Of a stretch of 64,000 bases of DNA, positions 23,422 through 33,632 are shown piece by piece (the stretch's first letter is position 1; each line of letters opens with the position of its first letter). The position numbers and the translations under genes are program-made. The DNA comes from Selaginella moellendorffii (Eukaryota > Plantae > Lycopodiophyta). The notes beneath the pieces are model-generated. The model searched no databases. It was not told the origin of the DNA and worked only from the letters and a program-made list of their open reading frames with translations. Location of the stretch: the NCBI RefSeq assembly GCF_000143415.4, contig NW_003314265.1, forward strand, positions 980,815 to 1,044,814, read 5' to 3'.

Positions 23422-25656
23422 TCACCAGAAGCCTCCACACGAGCAACTTCCATCCACGAACCTGTGGAAACGAACAGCATCCCTGCAAACGATGGTCCTC
23501 CCCTCGAGCCTGGAGATCAAAGCAGTAGCCTCATGACAGTCATCACACACCCGCAGGTTCTTGACAATGCGAATGGCCGTCCCTGGAGCTGAGTTGACGA
23601 GAGCACAGGCTATGGCCAGCTTCTCGCTGTGCCCGCAAAGAGCCCACTCCTTCTCCTCGTCGGGCACGTTTGCTAGAACGCTCGAGAGGCGGGGAACATA
23701 ACCGGCCTGGAGCTTCATCCTGGACAAGAGATGATCGAGCTTGAAGTGGATCTCTTCGCCCTGTGGATGGTGCTTGGCGTCCCCGGCCGAGAACTTGTGT
23801 ACTCTTCCAGTGGAGCTGTCAGTCCAGGAGCTCAATCCGGGCTCCCTCTTCCAGGCCCCGGCTTTGATCCTCAAAGCTCGGACTCTGGCGGCCTCGTCCC
23901 AGTTGCCGACGCTTGCGTAGATGCTCGACATGAGAATGTAGGCTGAGGAGTTTGTATCGTCCAGCTTCACGAGGGCCTCGAAGGCCATGCGTCCAACTCC
24001 GACGTTCTTCCACTTTCGAGCGGAGCTCAGCAGTGTTGTCCAGGTGACTTCGTTGGGAGGAAAAGGCATGGATCGCAGCAACGCCACAGCACTGTCGAGA
24101 TGGTTCGCTCGTCCGAGGAGATCGATCATGCAGGTGTAGTGCTGAACAGTCGGCGATCGTAGAGACGAGAAGTATCTCTTGCCTTGCTCGACGAGACCCG
24201 CGTGGTTGCAAGCCGTGAGGATCGACAGGAGCATGATCTCGTCCGGCTGCAAGTGTCTCTCCTCCCTCTCCATCCTCTCGAGGAGCTCAAACACGCTTCT
24301 TGTGTCGCCCTGGCTGCTGTATCCCGTCACGAGTGAGCTCCACGATACCAGATCCTTTCGCCGGATTAGCTCAAACACCTCCCGAGCGTCCTCCATGCAG
24401 CCACACTTCCCGTAGAAATCGACCAGCGCATTCGCGACGACGAGATTGGTTTCCAGTCCAGCACCCCTGACTTGAGCCTCGATCTCTCTTCCACTCTCCA
24501 GCGCCGCCAGGCTTCCACAGGCTTGCAGCGCAGCCACAAAGGTGACGGCATCTGGAACGCAGCCGTGCTCCTTCATCCGGGAGAAGAACCCGAGAGCCAG
24601 CTCGCCATCGCCACCTTGAGCGTAGCCGGATATCATCGCAGTCCACGAAACCACGTCGTGCTGCTTCATTCCATCGAAGACCTCTCGAGCTTCCACCAGG
24701 CTGCCACACTTGGCGTACATGTCCACCAGCGCAGTCGCCAAGACCGTGTCTTTCCAATCCATTCCATGAGCTCGAGTGATCTGCAGGTGGAGAGCTCGTC
24801 CCCGTTCCAGGCACTCGAGCTTGACAAATCTTCCACCCAGCAGCCTGGCTTCCTCCTTCTCAGCTAGAACAGCGCAGGCCTTGAGCGCAGCGAGAACCGT
24901 GACACGATCCGGGAGAAAGCCCCGAGCTTGCATGAGCTCGAAAAACTCCAGAGCCAACTTTGCGTTGCCGGCGTGAGCGTATCCCAGGATGATCGCTGTC
25001 CAGGAAACCACGTCGTGTCTCTTCATGCTGTCAAACACGCCGCGAGCTTCCACCATACTGCCGCATCTAGCATACATATGGACCAAGTTGCTGGCGAGAA
25101 AGAGCTCCAGCTCGTTCTCCTCTTTCTTTTTCTCGATCCGATGGAGAGCGACCGAGTGGATCGATCTCACTTTGTCTAAGCATTCGTGCTGTGCTCGCTC
25201 CGCCAGCTTCGAGCAGGCCTTCAGAGCGGCGAGAAGCGTGACCGAGTTTGGCTTGCAAGTGGCCTCGTTCTGCATCCGCGAGAAGAGCTTTAGAGCGGTG
25301 CTGGAGTCTCCGGCTTGGGCGTAGCCAAGGATGATGGAGTTCCAGGACACCACGTCGCGGTACTCCATGCTCTCGAAGACTTGACGAGCATCCGGCAGGC
25401 TCCCACACTTGCAATACATGTCGCTCAAGACGTTCCTCACGAAGATGTTGGAGTAGTCGCCGGTGACGAGGGCGTCCCTGTGAATTCTTCTGCCGGTTTC
25501 TATGTCCCTGCTGTTCTTGCATTGCTTGAGAGCTTCCAGCACCACCCCGATGCTCGGTCTCACACCCCGCTGCTTGAGTTCTTCGTAGGCAGCGATGGAA
25601 TTCTCCCTGGAGCTTGAGTTGGTGTTGCTGTGCTGGATCCTGGGCTGCATCGTCAT
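23422..25656 (-). CDS. PLS-E-DYW-type PPR RNA-editing factor with variant terminal tripeptide GFW
   Basis: 744-aa ORF with PPR repeats, PG box (EPGLSSW), HSEKLA, KNLRVCDDCH and terminal CSCGGFW*. Confidence 0.93.
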   Translation of the reverse strand: MTMQPRIQHSNTNSSSRENSIAAYEELKQRGVRPSIGVVLEALKQCKNSRDIETGRRIHRDALVTGDYSNIFVRNVLSDMYCKCGSLPDARQVFESMEYRDVVSWNSIILGYAQAGDSSTALKLFSRMQNEATCKPNSVTLLAALKACSKLAERAQHECLDKVRSIHSVALHRIEKKKEENELELFLASNLVHMYARCGSMVEARGVFDSMKRHDVVSWTAIILGYAHAGNAKLALEFFELMQARGFLPDRVTVLAALKACAVLAEKEEARLLGGRFVKLECLERGRALHLQITRAHGMDWKDTVLATALVDMYAKCGSLVEAREVFDGMKQHDVVSWTAMISGYAQGGDGELALGFFSRMKEHGCVPDAVTFVAALQACGSLAALESGREIEAQVRGAGLETNLVVANALVDFYGKCGCMEDAREVFELIRRKDLVSWSSLVTGYSSQGDTRSVFELLERMEREERHLQPDEIMLLSILTACNHAGLVEQGKRYFSSLRSPTVQHYTCMIDLLGRANHLDSAVALLRSMPFPPNEVTWTTLLSSARKWKNVGVGRMAFEALVKLDDTNSSAYILMSSIYASVGNWDEAARVRALRIKAGAWKREPGLSSWTDSSTGRVHKFSAGDAKHHPQGEEIHFKLDHLLSRMKLQAGYVPRLSSVLANVPDEEKEWALCGHSEKLAIACALVNSAPGTAIRIVKNLRVCDDCHEATALISRLEGRTIVCRDAVRFHRFVDGSCSCGGFW

Positions 25657-25950
25657 TGTTGTTGCTCCTCTTCCAGCTTAGATGGAATTTTTCCTGAAAA
25701 GAAAATGAGGAAGCAATCTTGACGTTATTGGTTTTTTCTACCTTGGGGGTGAGTTTGTGAGCTACCGCCTTCGTCCACTTCCATTCCATCAAGAACGAAC
25801 AAGTTCATCCTCGAATGCCAATGCCTGCAAAATCTGCAATAGAGGTGTGACACCCAAAATCTAGAGACGAATTACCTGAAAATCTCTTCATCGCCCACTA
25901 GAAGCACGACAAGTTCCATGGCCATTCCGCAAAAAAAATCTTTTCACTCC

Positions 25951-26022
25951 AGGAGGCAACCAGGATCGAACTAGTGACCTATCGGACTGCAGCCGATTGC
26001 TCTACCACTGACCTATACCTCC
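25951..26022 (-). tRNA. tRNA-Cys(GCA), nuclear type, with a G:G mismatch in the D stem
   Basis: GGAGGTA-TA-GGTCAGTGGTAGAGC-A-ATCGG-CTGCAGT-CCGAT-AGGTC-ACTAG-TTCGATC-CTGGT-TGCCTCC-T folds into a cloverleaf with U73. A T8 Pol III terminator follows at 25931-25938. Confidence 0.88.
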
Positions 26023-26107
26023 ATCATACAAAGTAATTCTGGTTAATAGTGATAAGACTCTACAAAGTAATGCTTCCAGTTCTTACTTTGTCCTAGTTGA
26101 GTGTTGA

Positions 26108-28521
26108 CTAGTTTTTCGATCCAAATCCCTTGGGAGCCGACTGCTTATTTCCAATGGCAGACAATTGCTTCTGGAGCTCGGATTTGCCTTTCTTCCTTCT
26201 TGCTGTGCCGGGTGGAAGCTACAATCCAAGCCATGTGTTAGAGCTCATAGTAAAGATATGGATGCCATGTCCTTCTTACCTTCGCTCCTTTGCTTAGCTC
26301 CTCGAGGTCTTCCAGTCCTGGCATCTTTCCGTCCTGCATTTTTGCTGCCAAGTTCTTCATTTGAGCACGCATTTGGTATAGTTGAGATATAAGCTGGCCA
26401 ACCTGCGAAAATCGCGACACTGTACAGATATCTGCTGAAAACTAGATTTTCAGTTTACCTGTGCTTCCGTTCTACCAGATTCCGTGGCAACTCTTTTTCT
26501 TCTAACGGGCGACTTGGCAAGAAGCTCTGGATCTTCTCTTTCCTCTGCAGAAACAATGACTGAGAACGAGAGAACAGCAGGCATGGTCTTACCAGGAGTC
26601 ATGGCGTTTATCATTGCTTCTGCTATACTCAAGCTCCTTTCAGCTTCACGGATTTGCTGTGGAGTGACCTGTTTAACCCAAACGTTAGACAGCAGAAAAT
26701 GGTGAGAAATAGTTGGTGTCCACCTTGTTCATCCCAGGTATGAGTTTCAAAACTCCCCCCATTGATCCCATACGGGCTAGTGCGTTCAGCTGTTTCAAGT
26801 AGTCATTGAAATCGTATTTGGCTTCCATAATCTTCTTTTGCATATCTTCGGCATCTTCTTTCACCATCTGATCAAAACAAAAAACCGTTAGAAAAAATCA
26901 CTGTAAAACTGATCTCTCGTACCGATTCTTGGGCCTTCTCTACAAACGACAGTACATCTCCCATGCCCAGAATTCGACTAGCCATACGATCGGGATAAAA
27001 GAGCTCCAGAGCGTTCATACCCTCACCTTCTCCAACGAATTTGATGGGCTTTCCAGAAACCTGGTTACCAATGCAAGTTATCAACCAGATAGCTCACTTG
27101 TTTATAAACGTTAAGCTTACCTCTCGCACGCTTAACGCGGCTCCACCCCTCGAATCCCCATCGACCTTTGTCATTATAGCTCCAGTGATTCCCACTTCCA
27201 AATTGAAAGCAGATACCAGAGCTGGAAAACGGCAAGAAATAACTCAGGATTTGCATGAGCTTACTGAACTGAAGATACTCACCAGCAGCCTCCTGGCCCG
27301 TCATGGCATCGACAACCAGTAGCACCTCGTTTGGATTAAGGACTTTTTTCATTTGCTTTAGTTCGTCCATCATTGTGGCATCAACCTGGCAGACGATGTA
27401 AACTGTGAGACACGAGATTTTGAAAAACAGACAATACCTGAAGGCGTCCAGCAGTATCCACAATAAGAACGTCTGTTCCTTTCTCCTTTGCTTCTTTCAG
27501 ACCTCTTTTCGCAATCTCTACAGGACTTAGCTCAGTCCCTGCCTCGAACACAGGAACCTCAACCTGTTCCCACAGAAGTAAGACTTCCATTTCAGACTAC
27601 TATAGAATAATCACCTGTTTTCCTAGAGTGATCAGTTGCTCAATTGCAGCAGGCCTGTAAATGTCTGTAGCCACAAGCATGCAGCTCTTTCCCTGAAGAA
27701 AAAATCTTATCTACAAACCAGACGCAGACATTGCGTAGTACCTTTTTCTTCATGTAAAGCGCCAGTTTCCCGCAAGCGGTGGTTTTTCCCACACCTTGAA
27801 GCCCAGCCATAAGAATCACGGTGGGAGGCGTTCCAGAAAACTCAATGTGTGCCGCTTGGCCACCCATGAGAGATATGAGCTCGTCATACACAACCTGCAT
27901 CCTGGAACTTCTTCAAGTAGGAAAACTAATTGGAATCAAAGTGAGCCACATACCTTGACAAGCTGCTGGTCCGGCCTCACTCCACGTATAACGCCTGTGC
28001 CAACAGCTTTCTCCGCGATAGAGCCCACGAGTTTTCGAACCACTGGCAAGCTCACCTAGCAAAAGAAAGAAGCAAGAATGCCTAAAGTTTCCTTGAGCTA
28101 CTTACATCTGCTTCGAGCAGGGCTCGACGGATATCCTGCAATGGCTCTTTCATATTCTCGCTGGTTAGCGTTTCTATAAGACGAACACACAGTGTCAGAA
28201 TAAGGAAGAGCGTTTTCCTCTATCATATCACCTTCTCCTTGGAGCTTTGTCCATACTTTCTCCAAGCTCGTCGAGAGCTGATCAAAAACGGCCGCACGAA
28301 TCGCCAATCCCCCACGCCCGCAGCTCTTCTTGATCGAAATCCACCTCCTGGGCGCCGCCGAGAGCCTCAGGAATTGCGGCTGGGAAGAGGAACCCCATGA
28401 CGAAGATTTTCATACACTCGTGCCGACACCTTACCGATACAAACTCCGCATTTGCCGCGCCGAGCTTAGATCCACACGCGAAACAGCGCCATTGAGATGC
28501 CGCCAGCGCCGGGGCCGTCAT
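26108..28521 (-). CDS. cpSRP54: chloroplast signal recognition particle 54 kDa subunit
   Basis: Transit peptide, [44 protein letters not shown] domain and C-terminal PPGTARRKK...PKGFGSKN*. Confidence 0.95.
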
Positions 28522-28721
28522 CGAGCAAGAAAGAGCCCTAGCTCCAAATGTTCCATTATCCGCAATTTGAATGGTAGTGACGTGACAGCCACGTACTTGC
28601 CCCGTCACTAAAATGCCACGTGTTATACGCCACGTCAAATGCAAAGTCAAGAAAGTCAAATAAGGTCAACGTATCAGGCCATACATAAACGTTAGTCTCC
28701 ACACCCGAGATTCTTGCCATT

Positions 28722-30947
28722 CTACCAGTAATCCCCGCACGAGCAAACTCCATTCTCAAAGTGGTGGTGGCGCCTTCCATCTCTCACGCTGATACGCCGG
28801 TGGACGAGCTTGGACACAAACTTGGTGGCGATATGGCAGTCGGAGCACATCCTCAAGTTCTTGGTGATCCGGAGCGGCGTTCCAGCGGGCGTGGAGACGA
28901 TCCCCAGTCCCAGCGCCAGCATCTCGCTATGGTATGGCACCGCGTTCTCCTTCCCACCCTCCTCCACATCCCGCAAGCGCACCGCAGTAGCATCCGGGAC
29001 GTAGCCAGCGCCTTGCATCTCCCTGCCTAGCTTCTCCAAGGCCGCGAAGATCTCCCCGACCAAGTGGTGAGGCAGCACATCGCTGGCCGCTACAAACTCG
29101 TGCACCCTGTCCCCGATCTCGATCGAGCTCCTCCCCAGTAGCCTTTGCACCCCCCGGCCATCCATCCTCCTCCTCGTCTCCTCAGCGGCCTCCCAGCTCC
29201 CAGCGGCGCAGAAGACGCTCGAGAGAAGGACGTAAGGCGTCGCGTTCTTGGGCTCCAGCTGGAAGATCTTCTCTGCGGCACGGGCGGCTCGAGCGGTATC
29301 GTTGTGCGCCTTGCAAGCGGTGAGAAGCATCATCCACGCCAGGCTCGACTCGAACTTCATAGTGTTTATCAGCTGCTCCGCCGCCTCCAGCTTCCCTGCT
29401 CGTCCCAGGATATCAACCATGCAGCCGCAGTGCTCCACCGCTGGAGCAATGCCGAAGTCTTGGGTCATCAGCTTGTAGTAGTAGAGTCCCTTGCTCATCT
29501 GCCCGGCGTAGTTACACGAGACAAGGATGGCCACGAACACTATCCCGTCGGGTTTCATGCCTTGAAGCTCCATCCCGTGCAAGAGCTTGAGTGACCGGCT
29601 TCCATGCCCGTTCTGAGCATAGGCCATTGCTATCGACGTCCAAGTGAGCAAGTTCTTCTTCTTCATCCCCAGAAACACGGCCTCGGCCTCTTCCAGCCTG
29701 CCGCACTTCCCATACAAGTTGACGAGAGCGGTCGCAACGGGGACGTCTTTGTCCAGGCCCAGGCACCGGACTCGCTCGTGGAGCTGCGTTCCTCGTCGGA
29801 GAGCTCCAACCCCGGCACAGGCATCGATGGCGCTCACAAAAGTGACAGAGTTTGGCTGGACACCGTCAACCTCCATCTCGCGGAACAGTGACAGTGCTCT
29901 TGCGGGCGACTCGTTCTGAGAGTAGCCTGCTATCATCGAGCTCCAGGACACAACGTCTCTTTCACGGGAGTTCTCAAAGATGGACCTTGCAGTCTCGACC
30001 CAGCCCCAGTTGCAGTACATCTTCACCAGCGCACTTGTGAGGCAGACGTCGTCACTGTAACCGGCTTGGACGATACGGGCGTGGATCTCTTTGCCATATT
30101 GGAAGGCTTTCAAGCTCGTGACAGCCTCCAGGACATTGACAAAGGTGACGTTGTTGGGACGGACACCTTCCAAGTCCATGAGCATCAAGAGCTGGATCGC
30201 GGACTTGGCTTGCCCGCTCTGAGCGAATGCTGCTATCATGGAGCTCCAGCTGACGATATCCTTGTTATCGATCTGGACGAAAACTCCAAAAGCCTCCTCG
30301 AGTGCTCCACACTTCCCATAGAGATTTATGAGAGCAGTGCCGACTGCAGCGTCCCTGTCCAGGCCGGTGCTCGAGATCGTAGCTGCATGAAGAATCTTGG
30401 CCTCTTCGAGTGCCCCAACGGCCGTGCATGCTCCTAGAACCGTTGTAAACGTATAACCATCTGGTTTGACACCCGCCTGGTTCATCCTCGAAAGAAGCCT
30501 CAAGCTCTCCATGCAATGACCATTCTGGGCATACGCAGCGATGATGATGGTCCAGGAAAACACGTTGGGATCCTGTATACTATCGAAGACGTTTCCCGCT
30601 TGCTCCACATCCCCACACTTCCCGTACATCTCCACCACCAAGTTCATCACCATACGATCCCCTTCGTATCCAGTTTGCATGATGTGGGAGTGAACACGCT
30701 TTCCTTCGTCTAAATTCCGTTCCCTGCCGGACCATTTCAACAGCTCCACGTAAACCCCGGGATCTGTTACTGTAGCGCCGCTGTATAGCTGATTTACTGC
30801 CTCTGCTAGATTTTCCACCAATCCCAATTTGTTGTTTATAGTTGCCTCGATTTCCGAGCTAGCAATCCTGGCAGCCGCTGCTCTGCTTTGTCGGGCGTCA
30901 TTACCTTTGAGCCTTGCCGGCCAAGATGCTAAAACCAGCGTGTCCAT
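28722..30947 (-). CDS. PLS-E-DYW PPR RNA-editing factor
   Basis: 741-aa intronless ORF with HSEMLA, KNLRMCSDCH and terminal CSCGDYW*. Confidence 0.95.
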   Translation of the reverse strand: MDTLVLASWPARLKGNDARQSRAAAARIASSEIEATINNKLGLVENLAEAVNQLYSGATVTDPGVYVELLKWSGRERNLDEGKRVHSHIMQTGYEGDRMVMNLVVEMYGKCGDVEQAGNVFDSIQDPNVFSWTIIIAAYAQNGHCMESLRLLSRMNQAGVKPDGYTFTTVLGACTAVGALEEAKILHAATISSTGLDRDAAVGTALINLYGKCGALEEAFGVFVQIDNKDIVSWSSMIAAFAQSGQAKSAIQLLMLMDLEGVRPNNVTFVNVLEAVTSLKAFQYGKEIHARIVQAGYSDDVCLTSALVKMYCNWGWVETARSIFENSRERDVVSWSSMIAGYSQNESPARALSLFREMEVDGVQPNSVTFVSAIDACAGVGALRRGTQLHERVRCLGLDKDVPVATALVNLYGKCGRLEEAEAVFLGMKKKNLLTWTSIAMAYAQNGHGSRSLKLLHGMELQGMKPDGIVFVAILVSCNYAGQMSKGLYYYKLMTQDFGIAPAVEHCGCMVDILGRAGKLEAAEQLINTMKFESSLAWMMLLTACKAHNDTARAARAAEKIFQLEPKNATPYVLLSSVFCAAGSWEAAEETRRRMDGRGVQRLLGRSSIEIGDRVHEFVAASDVLPHHLVGEIFAALEKLGREMQGAGYVPDATAVRLRDVEEGGKENAVPYHSEMLALGLGIVSTPAGTPLRITKNLRMCSDCHIATKFVSKLVHRRISVRDGRRHHHFENGVCSCGDYW

Positions 30948-30956
30948 ATGCAGAAT

Positions 30957-33407
30957 TCAAGGATCATCGTCGTGCAGTGGAACATAAAACTGGGAGCTCG
31001 AAAGAAGCACAATGGCGTCAGGTCCTTCAGAGAACGAGCCAAACAAGTTGGCGCCTGGAGGCGGGATTCCGGGATTTCCTAGCAAGTCGAGTCGCTTCAT
31101 CCTCCCTGCAGCCGGAAGAATGTGAGATGGATCCATAAAAGAAAAAGATGTCAAAAGTACCACCAAGGGCTGCCTTCGTCTGCAGCGCAGAAGCAAGACG
31201 CTTCATAGCCTCAACGTTGAGAAGATTGAAGCTCGCATTGATGTCTGTAAGTACACCCTGACCTTTGGAGATGACTGCATGTAATAATTCTGCTCCAGGA
31301 AAAGCAATCCTGTTTTTGCTGAGATGAAAACCGCAAAGGTTAATAACATAATGGTTTCGTTTAGGAAATCCCACCTTATGTTCAGATGTTCCAGTGTCTG
31401 GTTCTGAATTAAAGCTGATGCTAGCTCCGAAGAGCAGCCCAGGGAACCAAGTCCAATCTCAGAAATATCAAGCTCTTTCACGGCACTTTTCTGAAGATAT
31501 TTTGCAAGAACCGCAGAGCCACTCCTACCAAAACTGTTATCTGCAACGGACAAGGAACGCAACCTGTGATTGGTTGAAACCAAGGAATCCAAAAGTGAAG
31601 ATAGCCCGTTCCAGCTTAATTCACAGCCAGCGACGTTCAGTTCCATAAGTGCAGAGAGACTTGTCTGTAAGCAGCAAGCAACAGACCTGTATCGAAAAGA
31701 TCTAAATGTGCAAGAGAACATACAAAATACTTGAATAGCTTACTTGATACCCTCATCGGCCACTGGATTGTCGCTCAAGTTTAAAGTGTGCAGGTGTGGT
31801 AGACATTTCAAGTAATGAACAAGGTTCTGAACACACGCAGAACTCAAGAAACAAGATCTGTACGAAGTAAAGCGGTTAGAACCTATCATGCACCTTTGAA
31901 ACTCTTTTTCTTACTTCAGGTTGAGAACCTTAAGTCCAGGTGTGAATGGGAGTTGCTTAACCGCACAGTTGATAAAAAACTGGTTGACTGTGGGAGATTC
32001 AAAACAGCTTTCTAGCTGCCAGAAAGACGTTAGAGAAGAAAACATACTAATCAAAGAAGCTATTACCAGATTGTCTGCAAAATCAAGGGTATCAAGCGAA
32101 GAGAGGGAGAACAGCTCGACTACGATAGAGCTTGTAAATTGCGTGTGCATTCTATTGCTGACGAGATGCACGCATGCTAGAGACCTGTAAGACAACATTT
32201 TCCAATGATCACTAAGTAAAGAAAGAGGTAATAAGCTTGCCTGCAACTTCTTAAAAACTGTTGCATTTCCAACGACGCCCACGGAACCTGAATGCTTGAG
32301 CAAGTGATGGCGAAATCACTCAAAACATCAGCTGATTTTAGCATGCCCAGTAAAGTGTTGAAATCTTGTTCAAAAAACTTGCAGTAATGAAACTCAAGCC
32401 GTCGAAGAGCTCTGACGTTACGAGCTAGAAGGTTAATTATAAGACCGAACTGCACGAAGGAAATAAAGTAGAGCATTTTCTTTCCTGAATACACAAACCT
32501 GTGTAGATGTTTTGATGTTCAAGAACGAAAGGCTCGCTAGTTCGGCTGAATCAAATAGACTCTGTCAAGCAGAGAAACATCAATAAAGTTGAAAACAAAC
32601 AAGAGATTTTTACCAGTAGTTCGCTGGAACATAGAACGCTCCGTAAGCGTAAGGACCTTTCAAAAGTCAATGTTAAACAAGAATGAACTTTTGTGAGCGG
32701 AAAACTACTTACTTCACATATCTCGAAAGTAGAGGTATCGTGTTTTTCAAGGACGTGAAATCGCTGTCCTCGCAGCAGGCAGCATTCCTCGCACCAATCC
32801 TGTACACCAAAGCCTCTGAATTTCTACAGGCAACTCAAAACTAATCCACAAACATAAAAAAGCTTGACACCAGAAACTGATACCTGGTACAAGAAGATCT
32901 CCTATCTGGCCATCGAAATTTGGAGCAGCGAGCTTAGTCGTTACAGCATTGAGGCAGCTAAATACAAAGCGATGAGTAAACAGGAGAGACCAAACAAGTC
33001 ATTTTTCCTTACGCTTGGACGTGAGCTTCCCAGTAAGCATCCTTCCAGGTACCGTGCTTGAGCAAAGTATTGTGATGGCATTCAGCCAAACTTTTCCATG
33101 CCAGCGAGAAGCCTTCCTCGTACTGTCTGGGAACAACGAAAAAAAAATCAAAGAACTGCCAGTAGAATCCTTACCCCGAGGCACATTGCTCCAAATAATG
33201 CAGCGGCAGGGGAGGCAGCTCCAGCAAAATCTTGCACAGCAAGTCGAGAGGCAAATCCAGCGTCTGCGCCTGCGCGCTAAAATCTGATTGATCGATCAAA
33301 TCAAATGTCCTCTCTCGCCGCAAATAATCCATCTCACCTTCGCTGAGGATCGCCGCCATTCTACTGCAGCAAACATCTAGGAGCATCGGCGCCCGGGCGG
33401 GCACCAT
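30957..33407 (-). CDS. RNI-like leucine-rich-repeat protein, multi-exon
   Basis: N-terminus APMLLDVC...LPLDLLCKILLELPPLPL. LRRs LDTLDFADN, LHTLNLSDN, LMELNVAGC, LRSLSVADN, LEHLNI and RLDLLGN. Ends VPLHDDDP*. Confidence 0.8.
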
Positions 33408-33456
33408 CGCGTCGCCTCGCCGGAGCTTTCAAAAGCCCTAAAGAGAAAATAGTAGT

Positions 33457-33632
33457 AAGGCATATTAAACGAATCTTTCAAGCTATACGAGGCTGGAGCT
33501 CCAAAATCCGCTCGCTCCTCTCGACATCGCCATTCTACACGCTCCAAGCATCGTCGGGCTCCAAGCCCATCTTCTTCACAACATTCTTGGCCTCCTCCAG
33601 CCACTCCATTGCTGGCTGGAGCCTGTGATCAT
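33457..33632 (-). pseudogene. decayed copy of the 3' end of the PPR gene at 35490-35770
   Basis: aaggcatatt..acgaatctttcaagctat..gaggctggagctccaaaa..catcgtcgggctccaagcccatcttcttcacaa..gcctgtgatcat is colinear with 35492-35768, with several short deletions. Confidence 0.88.
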
